From a virus (lineage: Duplodnaviria > Caudoviricetes), in the IMG/VR virus record IMGVR_UViG_3300022242_000023, positions 22,304 to 86,303 of that record: a DNA stretch of 64,000 nucleotides. One strand, given 5' to 3'. The notes beneath the pieces were generated by a model. That model had not been told where the DNA came from, made no database searches, and saw nothing but the letters and a program-made list of their open reading frames with translations. Positions 29,701-37,112 of the stretch are shown piece by piece (positions within the stretch are counted from its first letter, which is position 1; every line of letters begins with the position of its first letter). Both the position numbers and the translations under genes were made by a program.

Positions 29701-32700
29701 TAATATTATAAGAATTTACATCTAAAATTTTTCCAAATTTATCTGGATAATTTTTAATAAATAATTCAATTATTTTATTTTGATACTCTTTATTGTACTG
29801 TAATTGATTAAATACTCTCGAACTACCATGATAAACAATATCTTTTACTTTACTATCAGGAAATATAGTATCAAGATATTGAGAGTACAATTCTTGAGCT
29901 TGTTGTTTTTGTTGAGGAGTTATTTGTTGTTGTTTTTGTTCAAGGGTTATTTGATTATTTAGCTCTGCTAATTCTGCATCGTATTTAGCGTTGATTTCAT
30001 TCTTTACATTCTCAATATTTTTATTTATAACATCTCTTGTACTAGATAACCCATTTTCGGTAGGTGTTAAATCCCTATTAATAAAATCTATGTGCGAGCC
30101 AGATATTCCAGCCTTTGGTATAGCATTATCATTTCTAATATCACCTAATTGAGTATCTAATTCTTCTGAAAGAAGTTTAAGTATTTTGCTATCATAATAA
30201 TTATTGATTTCATTACCAGATAACTTATTCATCCATCCATCTTGTGCTATACCAAATATAGGATACCACTTACCAGATGTAACATCAGCTTTACCTCCAT
30301 GCCCAGTAGATAGATAAAACGGAACATTCATTCCATTTACATTAAGAACTACCACTTTTCTACCAGCTAAATCAATAATGGGGGATTTCCCTCTAACTTT
30401 TCTTTTATTACCATCAGCAGTTTGGTCATAAATAGTAGTTTCGTATTCAATTTCTTGACGATTCTTAACTATATTTTTTACATCTTCTTGTATCCTTCTT
30501 TCTATATCAGATTTTTGTTGTTGTTTTTGTTCATCAGAAATATTTCCAGTAAACCCTAAAGCTTCATATACACTATTAGCCAATTCAGGATTAGATTCAA
30601 ATAGTTCAGAAACTCCTTGTTTTACAGGAACCCCTTGAGGCTTTTCCTGTATCTCTACTCCAGGTATAGCTATTTCATTTTCTGTATAATTAGTACCTCC
30701 TGGAACTGTTAGATTAGAGTAGTATTGTGTTGGTTTATTTAAAGTTTTATTGTATTCATTCATTGCTTCTGAATACTTTTTTTCTCCTATTTCTTTTCCA
30801 TTTTTAGTAAAAGATAATATACCAAAATCATTAAATTCATATTTATCATTATCTAGTATAAAATCTATATAATCTGTACTAAATTTACTATGATATTTTT
30901 GTTCTTTAGCAGTATTAATCTCAACAGTATAACTATAATTAGAAGCTAATTCTAAAGCATATTGTAAAGGTTCATCATAAATAGCAAATTGTTTTTGTAC
31001 AAAATCTTGTTCTATTTGTTCTATTAATTCTTTTTGTTCTTTAGGTATTGCAAGTTCAGTTAATATCTTATCTAAACTCCAATTGTTTTTTCTTCCTTTA
31101 TTAAATATTTGTTTAGCTTTTTCAGATTGTAATATATCTACTGCTTTAAGTACATAATCAACTTGATCTTCAACTTTAAATCTATTACTATCAATAGGTT
31201 TATTTAAATCATTTTCAAACTCTTCTTTAGTTATACCTAATTCTTTACCATATTTCTTATAAGCCTCATTAAGAACTTGTTTTCTTTGTTTATCATTTAA
31301 GAACAGATTAAAAGCAACGTGAAAAGCTTCATGCTTTCCTACATTTAATCCAGCATCTGAAGATAGATATACTACAGCATTATAAAATGCCCCCCATACT
31401 TTACCATCTCCTACATTGTATATATTAGATATAATTCTTAAAGCTTCATCTGAAACTTTAACTCCTAAATTTTCAAATCTATCTTTGATATATTTTTCAG
31501 CAGCTCCTTCTTTAAATTCTTCTACTGTGGTTGTATCATCAGTATATTTAGCAAAAAAATTACCTTCTGGGACTTCTGTATTATTTTCTAATTCAGCTCT
31601 CATTCGAGCTTTTTTTTCTTCTGAAACTTCTTGTTTTGACACTTGTGTTTCATTAGATCTTACTTTAAATTCAATTACTGTAACATCATCTTGAGATTTA
31701 TTTTCTTTTCTTAGACTTTCAGATTTATTTATTATTTCATCAAAACTATCCCCTTTATTCGATATATTAGGCACCTCATCCGTATATAATAATACATTAT
31801 CACCAGCTTTTACATCTACTTCTTGTATTATTTCATCTATTGATTTATTTTTTGCTAAAACAGTACTGTTTGTTTTAATATTAAAATTTACATTAGTTTT
31901 AATTCCTTGTTTTATCTTTTCACCATTTATTTCAACAAAAGAATCTCCAATGCTAAATATTTTATTTAATTTTGGTATGTATAAAATTAGAGTACCAATT
32001 TGACCTGTTTGAGATCCATTTGTGAAATCTGGGGATTTTATTACCAAAGAATTTAAGATATCATATAAAGATTGCTTATCTTTTATTTCACCTTTTCTTT
32101 TTGCAATTTCTTCAACTAATTGATGGGATAATGATCCCTCAGCAGAATCTGACATTCCATCTGACATAACAATTATATCATTAGAAACAAAGAAAGCATC
32201 TTCAATATAGTTATCTGCGTAACCTTTCCTATTTTTATTTTGTGTGTAAACTTTTACGCCATTAATAGTTTGTACCTTGCCAAGGTTTTTATTTATTTTA
32301 GTGCTTTGAATTACATCTTTTGTTTTTATTTTTTCACCTGTTTTGATATCTTTTAATGTTTCTATTTCTTCTTTACTACTAGTTCTTTCTACATCTATAT
32401 ATACTTCACCTTGCTCATAATATCCTTCATCTATAGTTTTTAGATCTGTAGATACTAAATCAGGATGTTCTAATAAGAAATCTTTAGTATTATGACTAGG
32501 AACATGTACCCTTACTTCCCCTAATTTTGCAACAACCTGATCAACAGATAATCCATATTCTATTTTATATTCACCTTTCTTTCCTTTAGTAGAAATAGCA
32601 AATCCAGGTAATAATTTACTAGCATTTTCATAACCTTCTTTAGTAAGATAATCAATACCAGAAGGTGTATAATAAGTAATAACTGGACCCAATCCTCCAT

Positions 32701-35700
32701 CAGGATTTATATCTGTTTTATTTTCTCTATCAAAAGAAGAATCTGGAGTTCTATATCTTAGTATACCAAGCTCTCCTTTACTAATACCTATTATCTGAGC
32801 CCACTTCTTTCTAACTATATCATTTACTTGATCTACAGGAGCATTTGCAATATCATTTAATGCTTGAACTAATTTCTTTTTATAAGAAGTTACTTCTTTT
32901 ACTTTCTTAGTTTCTAATTCTACTGGTATGAATTCTTCTTTACCATTCTTATTTGTACTAGGTAAAAACATAAATACTTTACCCAACTGTCTTTGGATAA
33001 AATTTTCTACCTTTCCTTTACCATCTGAAGATTCTTTTGGAGAGAATTTTGAATTTGCAAATTTATAATTTTCAACTAATGAAGCTGTTTTTTCAAAGTC
33101 TGTTATTACAACATCAAATTCATTATTTGCAATATCTTCTCTAGTTACTGCTCTAAACTTACCAACATGTAGAGAAGCTTTTTTATGAATACCTTTTACA
33201 GGTACAGGCTCTGAAATAAAATCTGTTTTCTTATCCCATTTACTATATAAATTCTTTCTTAAAATTTTATCTATATCTTTTGATTGGATATTTCCATTAG
33301 ATCTAACATGGCCTACAATAACTTCTTTAGCATTTGGAGTACCTTTTTCTACAATAGTATCATTGAGTACATATGCTACCATATATAACCCAAAATTACC
33401 TTCATCTATTCCAACACCTTCATTCCAACCTTTAGATGGGATTTTATAATATATTTTATCTCCAGGTTGTAATACATTGTTTACAACATGTACAGTATCT
33501 TTATTATCGTAACCTAAATAGTTATTAACTATTCTTTTCTTAAAAGTTAAATTATCAGAAAGATTTGTATTTTTACTCTTTGCTATTTTTATTAATTCTT
33601 TAACTTTAGAAGAATGGAAAAGTTCTTTTACTTCAGCATGAGTAAGAGTTAATATAGTTCCTGTAGGGGCATTATTTTCCCACACTTCAATATCTACATA
33701 TTTATGACCCTCTTTTCCACCTATAGTTTCACTATGATTATTATCTACAGTAAGTAAACTAGTAGTATTATCTGGAGATCCTGTTTCTACAGGAATGTTT
33801 ACATCAGGTATAGGTGTTACAGGTATAGTAGAAGGATTTTCATCATCCTCTTCTGGATTTTCAAATTCTTCTTCCTCTTCTTCTTCTACTTTAGTTTCTT
33901 TACCATTGAAATTATCAATAGCTCTTTGAAAGATAGGATCATCTATCTTATCCTTTACAGTTTCTGGATCTAAAGAATTTATATAAGATTCTTCAGTACC
34001 ACCTTTAGCAATATGTTCTGTTAAATTCTTAAACTTAGGATTAGGAGTATATTGATAATTAGGATCAGCTTTCTTAGCTTCTATATGTTGTAGTTCTTGA
34101 AAGAACTCAGGATCATTTGCTAATATCTTTCTGAATGCTCTAGCAATACCTTTCTCTTCATGCTGTCTTAATAACTCATTTTCTTGACCATATCTTTCAA
34201 TAAGATCTACAGGTTTAGTAACTTCTGAAATTTTACCATTAGTATCTGTTTTCTGACCTTTTATCTTTTCATATTTAATCTGATCTATGAGATCAGCTTT
34301 ATCAGGATTACTTGCTTTCTCACTTTCAAATTCATCTAAAGATGATAGAGTATTTAATTTTTTTACATACTCTTCATTCTTAAGTTGTTCTATTACTTCA
34401 ATAGCTTGAACTTTAGTTTTTCCAGTTTTGTTTTTTAAGATTTCTTCTTCTGTTTTACCATTCTTGAAATCTTGAGCAACTTCCTGAGCATTAGTTTCTT
34501 CTTCTGTTATTTTTGTATCAGCAGTTTTGTTAGACGTGAATTTATCGTAAGCCTTTATGAGTTCGGTCTTATACGTTTTTAAACTTTCTATTTTAGATTC
34601 TAAACTTTTCTTCTCTTCTTTTTGTAAAGAATTTAATTTTTCTTCTTTATTCTTTAAATTTTCTAATTGATTGCTGTATTTATCTAATTCTTTAGTGACT
34701 AAATCCTGTTGTACTGAATTATGATATATTGATTGTTTAAATTCTGCAGAATTATTTTTTAACAAGGGGTTAGAATAAATTGCAGTATAATTGTCTTTAG
34801 CAATATCTAATATATTTCTCTTTATATCTTTGAATTCTTCATAAGAATAAAATTCACTTAATTTATTTTGTTCATAATCTTTTTTAGTCATGCTATTATT
34901 AATAGCATTTTCTATAGCTTCTACACTATCTCCTTTAAACAAATGATCATGTACAATACTAGAAATTTTAGCTGCTTGTAAAACTTTAATCGCTTCCCCA
35001 TTATTGTTTTTCAAAGCTTCTTCTTGTAATTGATCAATCTGTAATGCATTATTCATTCCTCTAATAGCACTAAGTTGTTTAGTAGGATCTATTTGAGGTT
35101 TATTATTTGAATCATATATTAATTTACCATCTTCATCAGTTTTATAAATATCATTGGCAGATAAAGCTAATGAGCTATTTACTTTGCTCATTATCGGTTT
35201 TTCTTTAGTATATAACTGATGTATTGATGATAATGAAGCTGGTCCTGCTGTAGCAGCTGCTACACCAAACCCTCCTGCAAAAGAATCCCAATAATCAGCT
35301 TTACCATCCATTAAACCGTGATATGTAGCACTTAAAGTACCCCCTAATGCACTGTCACCATCACCAAATAATGAATCAAATACTCCTGTATTTTTACCTT
35401 CATTATATGGTTGTTTTAATGCTTTTTCAGTACTATAATCTGTGGCTCCTGTTTGGAATGATTCTTGTACTCCTTCAGATATTCCTAATACTAAAGTATT
35501 TATAACACCTCTTACAAGTGCGTGTTTTGAAGTAGAAATTCCATCTGTTAAACCTTGTAGTTCAATAAAATTAGTAGCTAATAACATCATGAAATTAGTA
35601 CCAAATATTTCAGAAGCAGCATCTGATGCTTGTTTAGTAGCCTCTTCTTCTGATAATCCTTTATCTAATAATTGTTGTTTAATATCTTTATAAGCTAAAG

Positions 35701-37111
35701 ACGCTTCCTGAACTGCTTCTGCACTAGCATTTAATACTGTACCTGTGCCTATTGTTACAATTTTTTCAGCAACTTTTTCAGAAACTAAAGGTACTTTAGT
35801 TAATACTTTAGTCAAACCAATTCCTAATTCAGTTCCTTTAATTGCCCCACTAGCTGCCAAACCTAATCCACCAAATGCTAATTGTGAACCTAACATATCA
35901 GCACCCTCTTGTTCCCAATATTGAGATTCACCTAATTTACTTAAAGAAGCTACAAGACCAGCAAATGCACCTTTATTCTCTTCTGCTATTTTTGCTTTTT
36001 CTTCTATAGACAACATAGAAGCATTAGTTATTTGTTTTGATTTTTGTGTATTTAGATAATCATTAACTGCATTATCTGCATAATCCATTGTTTTATCAAA
36101 ATTAGTATCTCCTGTAAGTACTGCTTCTATTGCATCTTCTGTTACACCTATTGCAGCCCCTGCAAGACTTGCCAATCCACTAACTGTTTGGATTCCAACA
36201 TTAACCAGTGCTGCGTCAAATCTATCAATTACCCCTGCATTATTTCTATCTAGGTATTTTGTACTTTTTACACCTTCTTTATCTTTAAAAGATATATTAT
36301 ACCTATTAGTTTTAAACATTCCTAAAAAGGTGTCATCATCATGTTTTATATCAGTTTCATATGCTTCTCCTGGTGTACCTCCCGCCTTGATATATAATTC
36401 ATCTAAAGTCTTCTGATCAAATTTAGAAGGATCTACATCTTGTGCAAAAGTAACTCCTGCAGAACCCATAGGATCCTGAGCAGAACCCATAGATTCTACT
36501 AAACTTTGTGCTCTAGGTTGATATCTGTTTACAAAAGTTTTATCTTTTGCAAGACCTTCCCAAGTTGGAGATAAAGTTTTTCTAATATTTTCTAAAACAG
36601 CAGGATCATTAGATTGAAGATCTTCATCTAATTCTCTATTAGTTCTTCTTCTATAGTCATCTTGTGCTAACCATATGGCAGCTTTATCTTGACTTTCTGG
36701 AGAGAAATCTGGTAAATGAAGTTTAGCTTGTATTCTATCCCAAGTACTTTTTGTTATCTGGTATTTACCAGCAGCTGTAGAAGGGCCTGCAGGTGTTACT
36801 ACACCTACTATATTAGGATGTTGATCATATCCTTGAAATCTTTTACCTCCTGTAATTACATTATAATCTGGAGATTCTACATCAGATATAGTATCTAATA
36901 ATGCTTTTTGATGAGCAGTTAATGATGAAATATTATTTGCTCCTAAATCATTTTCAAATTCTTCAAATGTACCAACTTTAGAAAGTTCATGATTATTAAA
37001 AAACGATTTTCTAACATCTACTGAAGACATATCATTTTTAAACTCATCAAATGTACCTACAGATGATAATTGATATTTTTCAAATAAATGTTTTAATAAA
37101 TCTTCATTCAT
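20795..37111 (-). CDS. Giant (5438 aa) crAss-type virion RNA polymerase / polyvalent protein
   Basis: GLDFDIDK catalytic motif at 24086-24100 preceded by RIPTEG; additional lysozyme, PP2C-like, HEAFH zincin, ART-like and macro-like motifs. Confidence 0.85.
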   Translation of the reverse strand: MNEDLLKHLFEKYQLSSVGTFDEFKNDMSSVDVRKSFFNNHELSKVGTFEEFENDLGANNISSLTAHQKALLDTISDVESPDYNVITGGKRFQGYDQHPNIVGVVTPAGPSTAAGKYQITKSTWDRIQAKLHLPDFSPESQDKAAIWLAQDDYRRRTNRELDEDLQSNDPAVLENIRKTLSPTWEGLAKDKTFVNRYQPRAQSLVESMGSAQDPMGSAGVTFAQDVDPSKFDQKTLDELYIKAGGTPGEAYETDIKHDDDTFLGMFKTNRYNISFKDKEGVKSTKYLDRNNAGVIDRFDAALVNVGIQTVSGLASLAGAAIGVTEDAIEAVLTGDTNFDKTMDYADNAVNDYLNTQKSKQITNASMLSIEEKAKIAEENKGAFAGLVASLSKLGESQYWEQEGADMLGSQLAFGGLGLAASGAIKGTELGIGLTKVLTKVPLVSEKVAEKIVTIGTGTVLNASAEAVQEASLAYKDIKQQLLDKGLSEEEATKQASDAASEIFGTNFMMLLATNFIELQGLTDGISTSKHALVRGVINTLVLGISEGVQESFQTGATDYSTEKALKQPYNEGKNTGVFDSLFGDGDSALGGTLSATYHGLMDGKADYWDSFAGGFGVAAATAGPASLSSIHQLYTKEKPIMSKVNSSLALSANDIYKTDEDGKLIYDSNNKPQIDPTKQLSAIRGMNNALQIDQLQEEALKNNNGEAIKVLQAAKISSIVHDHLFKGDSVEAIENAINNSMTKKDYEQNKLSEFYSYEEFKDIKRNILDIAKDNYTAIYSNPLLKNNSAEFKQSIYHNSVQQDLVTKELDKYSNQLENLKNKEEKLNSLQKEEKKSLESKIESLKTYKTELIKAYDKFTSNKTADTKITEEETNAQEVAQDFKNGKTEEEILKNKTGKTKVQAIEVIEQLKNEEYVKKLNTLSSLDEFESEKASNPDKADLIDQIKYEKIKGQKTDTNGKISEVTKPVDLIERYGQENELLRQHEEKGIARAFRKILANDPEFFQELQHIEAKKADPNYQYTPNPKFKNLTEHIAKGGTEESYINSLDPETVKDKIDDPIFQRAIDNFNGKETKVEEEEEEEFENPEEDDENPSTIPVTPIPDVNIPVETGSPDNTTSLLTVDNNHSETIGGKEGHKYVDIEVWENNAPTGTILTLTHAEVKELFHSSKVKELIKIAKSKNTNLSDNLTFKKRIVNNYLGYDNKDTVHVVNNVLQPGDKIYYKIPSKGWNEGVGIDEGNFGLYMVAYVLNDTIVEKGTPNAKEVIVGHVRSNGNIQSKDIDKILRKNLYSKWDKKTDFISEPVPVKGIHKKASLHVGKFRAVTREDIANNEFDVVITDFEKTASLVENYKFANSKFSPKESSDGKGKVENFIQRQLGKVFMFLPSTNKNGKEEFIPVELETKKVKEVTSYKKKLVQALNDIANAPVDQVNDIVRKKWAQIIGISKGELGILRYRTPDSSFDRENKTDINPDGGLGPVITYYTPSGIDYLTKEGYENASKLLPGFAISTKGKKGEYKIEYGLSVDQVVAKLGEVRVHVPSHNTKDFLLEHPDLVSTDLKTIDEGYYEQGEVYIDVERTSSKEEIETLKDIKTGEKIKTKDVIQSTKINKNLGKVQTINGVKVYTQNKNRKGYADNYIEDAFFVSNDIIVMSDGMSDSAEGSLSHQLVEEIAKRKGEIKDKQSLYDILNSLVIKSPDFTNGSQTGQIGTLILYIPKLNKIFSIGDSFVEINGEKIKQGIKTNVNFNIKTNSTVLAKNKSIDEIIQEVDVKAGDNVLLYTDEVPNISNKGDSFDEIINKSESLRKENKSQDDVTVIEFKVRSNETQVSKQEVSEEKKARMRAELENNTEVPEGNFFAKYTDDTTTVEEFKEGAAEKYIKDRFENLGVKVSDEALRIISNIYNVGDGKVWGAFYNAVVYLSSDAGLNVGKHEAFHVAFNLFLNDKQRKQVLNEAYKKYGKELGITKEEFENDLNKPIDSNRFKVEDQVDYVLKAVDILQSEKAKQIFNKGRKNNWSLDKILTELAIPKEQKELIEQIEQDFVQKQFAIYDEPLQYALELASNYSYTVEINTAKEQKYHSKFSTDYIDFILDNDKYEFNDFGILSFTKNGKEIGEKKYSEAMNEYNKTLNKPTQYYSNLTVPGGTNYTENEIAIPGVEIQEKPQGVPVKQGVSELFESNPELANSVYEALGFTGNISDEQKQQQKSDIERRIQEDVKNIVKNRQEIEYETTIYDQTADGNKRKVRGKSPIIDLAGRKVVVLNVNGMNVPFYLSTGHGGKADVTSGKWYPIFGIAQDGWMNKLSGNEINNYYDSKILKLLSEELDTQLGDIRNDNAIPKAGISGSHIDFINRDLTPTENGLSSTRDVINKNIENVKNEINAKYDAELAELNNQITLEQKQQQITPQQKQQAQELYSQYLDTIFPDSKVKDIVYHGSSRVFNQLQYNKEYQNKIIELFIKNYPDKFGKILDVNSYNIKILKAEKVSNNNWHIGVQIYEGKNKIIGAGIGLILNDNGITLFENNVSINSPIPINNSFNKNYIGSSKQIVHFEIGDGFYFTNIKEEALRYGELYTAILDIKNPSNPRTTYKLTPQEQEWSERYYEGKRLGFSDKELLEEDSRLIPFSKKLQEKGFDGIITPSRVAQFVVFEPEQIHILGSKQDIEGFKSFIKSNTKTVRKGAITPSIKGHAQFSTDKGIGWFRSDEEYITSKDYPNSFNDENGKWFKENNIWKYLDSDGSLHERADLNDTDIYAIYDNQYGVKGYIQKGTNTKTRRILEVQSDLFQKGRDKDNLINEYSEEYQNVDGNTIEEIIEKRKNIKSNQFLQLLNKDNNWVTFFVKSIIQDSAKKGYEKVLFPTGNTASKVEGHTTLEEFKKQKEDRIKELEKDFNTITNSSEIKQPTYLRYFQFRDNKGETVELDGRSGEWLIQYQTGNQSFNQQKANEELVVKSYNQYIKTKQEDSKVEINQLKQELERIDKEGFGALKPIYNFYENTVSNILNKTYGKDNVKQVTDEHGNTWNEITIDNNRDQSAIRLKSEEEYYKKQNPLIRLEEKLAELFETYKATDGFVSENFKKKYPKIAKFLDSLYNFIYDSYQQLKPYFTTKISVEDLFYQLDRNIFGRSIFGGRTNAFNKNYSENFARLLHQGKFKVSNIKQIREHAKFIAQNLVHLAVRTFKSNTINKDGKKTNIAQYYTYNAIIESGNKSQFNKEFFNELPTYIDLWFQKHNSPEQLENYGELKNILENKEDLLKLQLYIAQYMNNLYSAGVQITQDANEFDEKTTLIRDTNVNPKTNVKGKIRELMSLIPVRERELGHYVDKIDPKTGAKIYHNFDVLFNRLLNKLSGSSPEQTMLKLIDLAKTKDYADTLVEKIKNELVGKKILQSGEDINVEKLDKNSKKYDPEYVYKLSASKWFKNLYLITGSQRNIVFINTERSRRGIRVHNSSKKGLWKMFKRHAEIMFLNKELDSLEFLEIYKILENSITNNNLLNAVDIERIYTFLGYNIDQEIAVELESNEFSNKSLSINALPVFNAIKEGKNPFSVIESKLTKQQIKEVSDLLAKHDQQSYVMNITTVQGEAEYIHQMNNHLTTLFNKFKESPKSALATIKNKILHKDLPIYDALLSKSIEIFEPHYDNGIGIKGTYNGITYNKYFNYDLITQQLNYALERMYNSNGKEIVIALPPFSDATSSGYMNAPTVSLDDVVNKLVRTAHAELNRIIYLENNKTNYRNFNINGKHFILLPFLNSKKDTIIELYKANGGVELGPELTERLEGFISSVLNKKFEAYTEKLVKDGVLVKEGSKLVKTDDIIDDSSSSFKDDLEGDIKTQFFNQYYYNTQLIPLLAGDPAFYGTYKSDDAPFDYKNSLLVDFLKRFKEAHSPKQHALFTYKDGTPRKKRRITVDDILIPSNELDTLKEDFPELAGDYNKGHNITDAQTINSIDFTVDVMRGFDEISDREIEIAERIKNGESAEFVFPVQKPYYFNQEESGELLRPFQEKNSEYTLTPAMAWLTKDFKVEKPSDKTDFSKYRRPFLAKILYLFHEHGIDGISFQSVNKVDRDNSKVLKRESIDNMDIDTILASVVETSMEGYGRQNIVPSEKHFQGKIEEGSQFKVIMPANLEEEVEVEGYGKMTPEQVRSVLDETFTRDIDENRVSLNEALKDTDSLRNTLLAQASEQGKPMSVIESLSKHQDGDLNIPLNFPLTIDDNLKLINSKTKKALNNKVPGAPFVNASSVGFTDLESYQDNLEIHYKTNEKGETVIDYIDAAVPAYNYALALLADDRGLLDFTRIEQALGKEATDELRKAFGYRIPTEGDYSIYPIKIKYLIPSYSDSLIILPKEATTITGLDFDIDKLYVLFKAFELTKGDFSYVVDELNSFFADKKLFNENTGEILTVEYDNSSAKALFNKVLNRGIPNSEVEAEAIEFLREPERFRRIKDNITISNIEMVPPGMETPMARHNLRMSIYEKIAQTRNFAEEFHKGGNADMLRDQIKAFEDKGVVLEDTSVPMDISDPIYQIYAANKAIVGGEIIGIAASHNKHHAVVQNIEGLKLSKPFTFLQHTYSSLSNMRNRNNKFISESLSSILFASTEHIKNPLMDKLNIDRNNVSMVLAALRLGIPFGDIMLILNQKIVKDLTIYINTNLDYTTTIPKLIESFAKERNLPLTEFYKQEFDKNPGRSVFEKGLTQYNSNTTDIVALVKIKELFKISDELTSAMIATKFDTDAAFGPTLYDNLNKIDKIRSLLKKYFEKEDPVISGLDLIVPNIIFNPETANYEFSKENASVLKLNDKYIQLAMDQANNLKEHFSFLSPEFEQIRSNLAEFLELDEFKKSDRKMLDLDIYNMIFQMSPSIVLGKDFIRDVSKRFADLKKRSDFKELYEEYLPFLNALKYEQVTKEVLIRRAVSPGREEGEDLTSLWEKMMKDPNEEISSLAKDLGLYSLITSSFRFTIDSFSQWLPVSFYTSTEEGSIVRDVFKNPVKYLKNIMNSMSEKELSERILYTNPFYTRNVDIQNHIEALEEYSESFTNEFNGEVSKSVIPISFTINENLLDIYSNEGDSLPEYLHSTVYYENATLPVLYKKNPAGVYEIQRLNGNPKAFKNFNLKADEQSFYPDFKMKYHKLNSEKTKSEHSVAKAVNNTYKQDDKIKAEEIEISENEVPKLEEDVNTIREYTPDNITFLKPNEIFVFGSNEGSSKGGKPTHGAGAALLAKQKFGAIQGQSKGLQGQSYAVITKKYWDVEKSSSLSEIGKELQNMILFARANPNKKFLVTKLGSSLAGYSIEEIKSLFEKLKNIIPDNVILPREYEIREILPDNVETLEKEIIVNGQKLGLYSNGTIRDEKGVEVVDEKLINMFQVKHGYNPLRKVEHGDLKVYVLTDNRIIDISAKDAGKEILTLSSPGIIKIKNEILRKLNEQLSPVEKTQEFPDDLEIKGPPALDEDETACGPTREA
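29923..30533. repeat. 20-bp perfect direct repeat TTTGTTGTTGTTTTTGTTCA, two copies 591 nt apart
   Basis: Identical at 29923-29942 and 30514-30533; each copy falls in an EQKQQQ-encoding stretch; spacing is a multiple of 3. Confidence 0.85.
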
Positions 37112-37112
37112 A

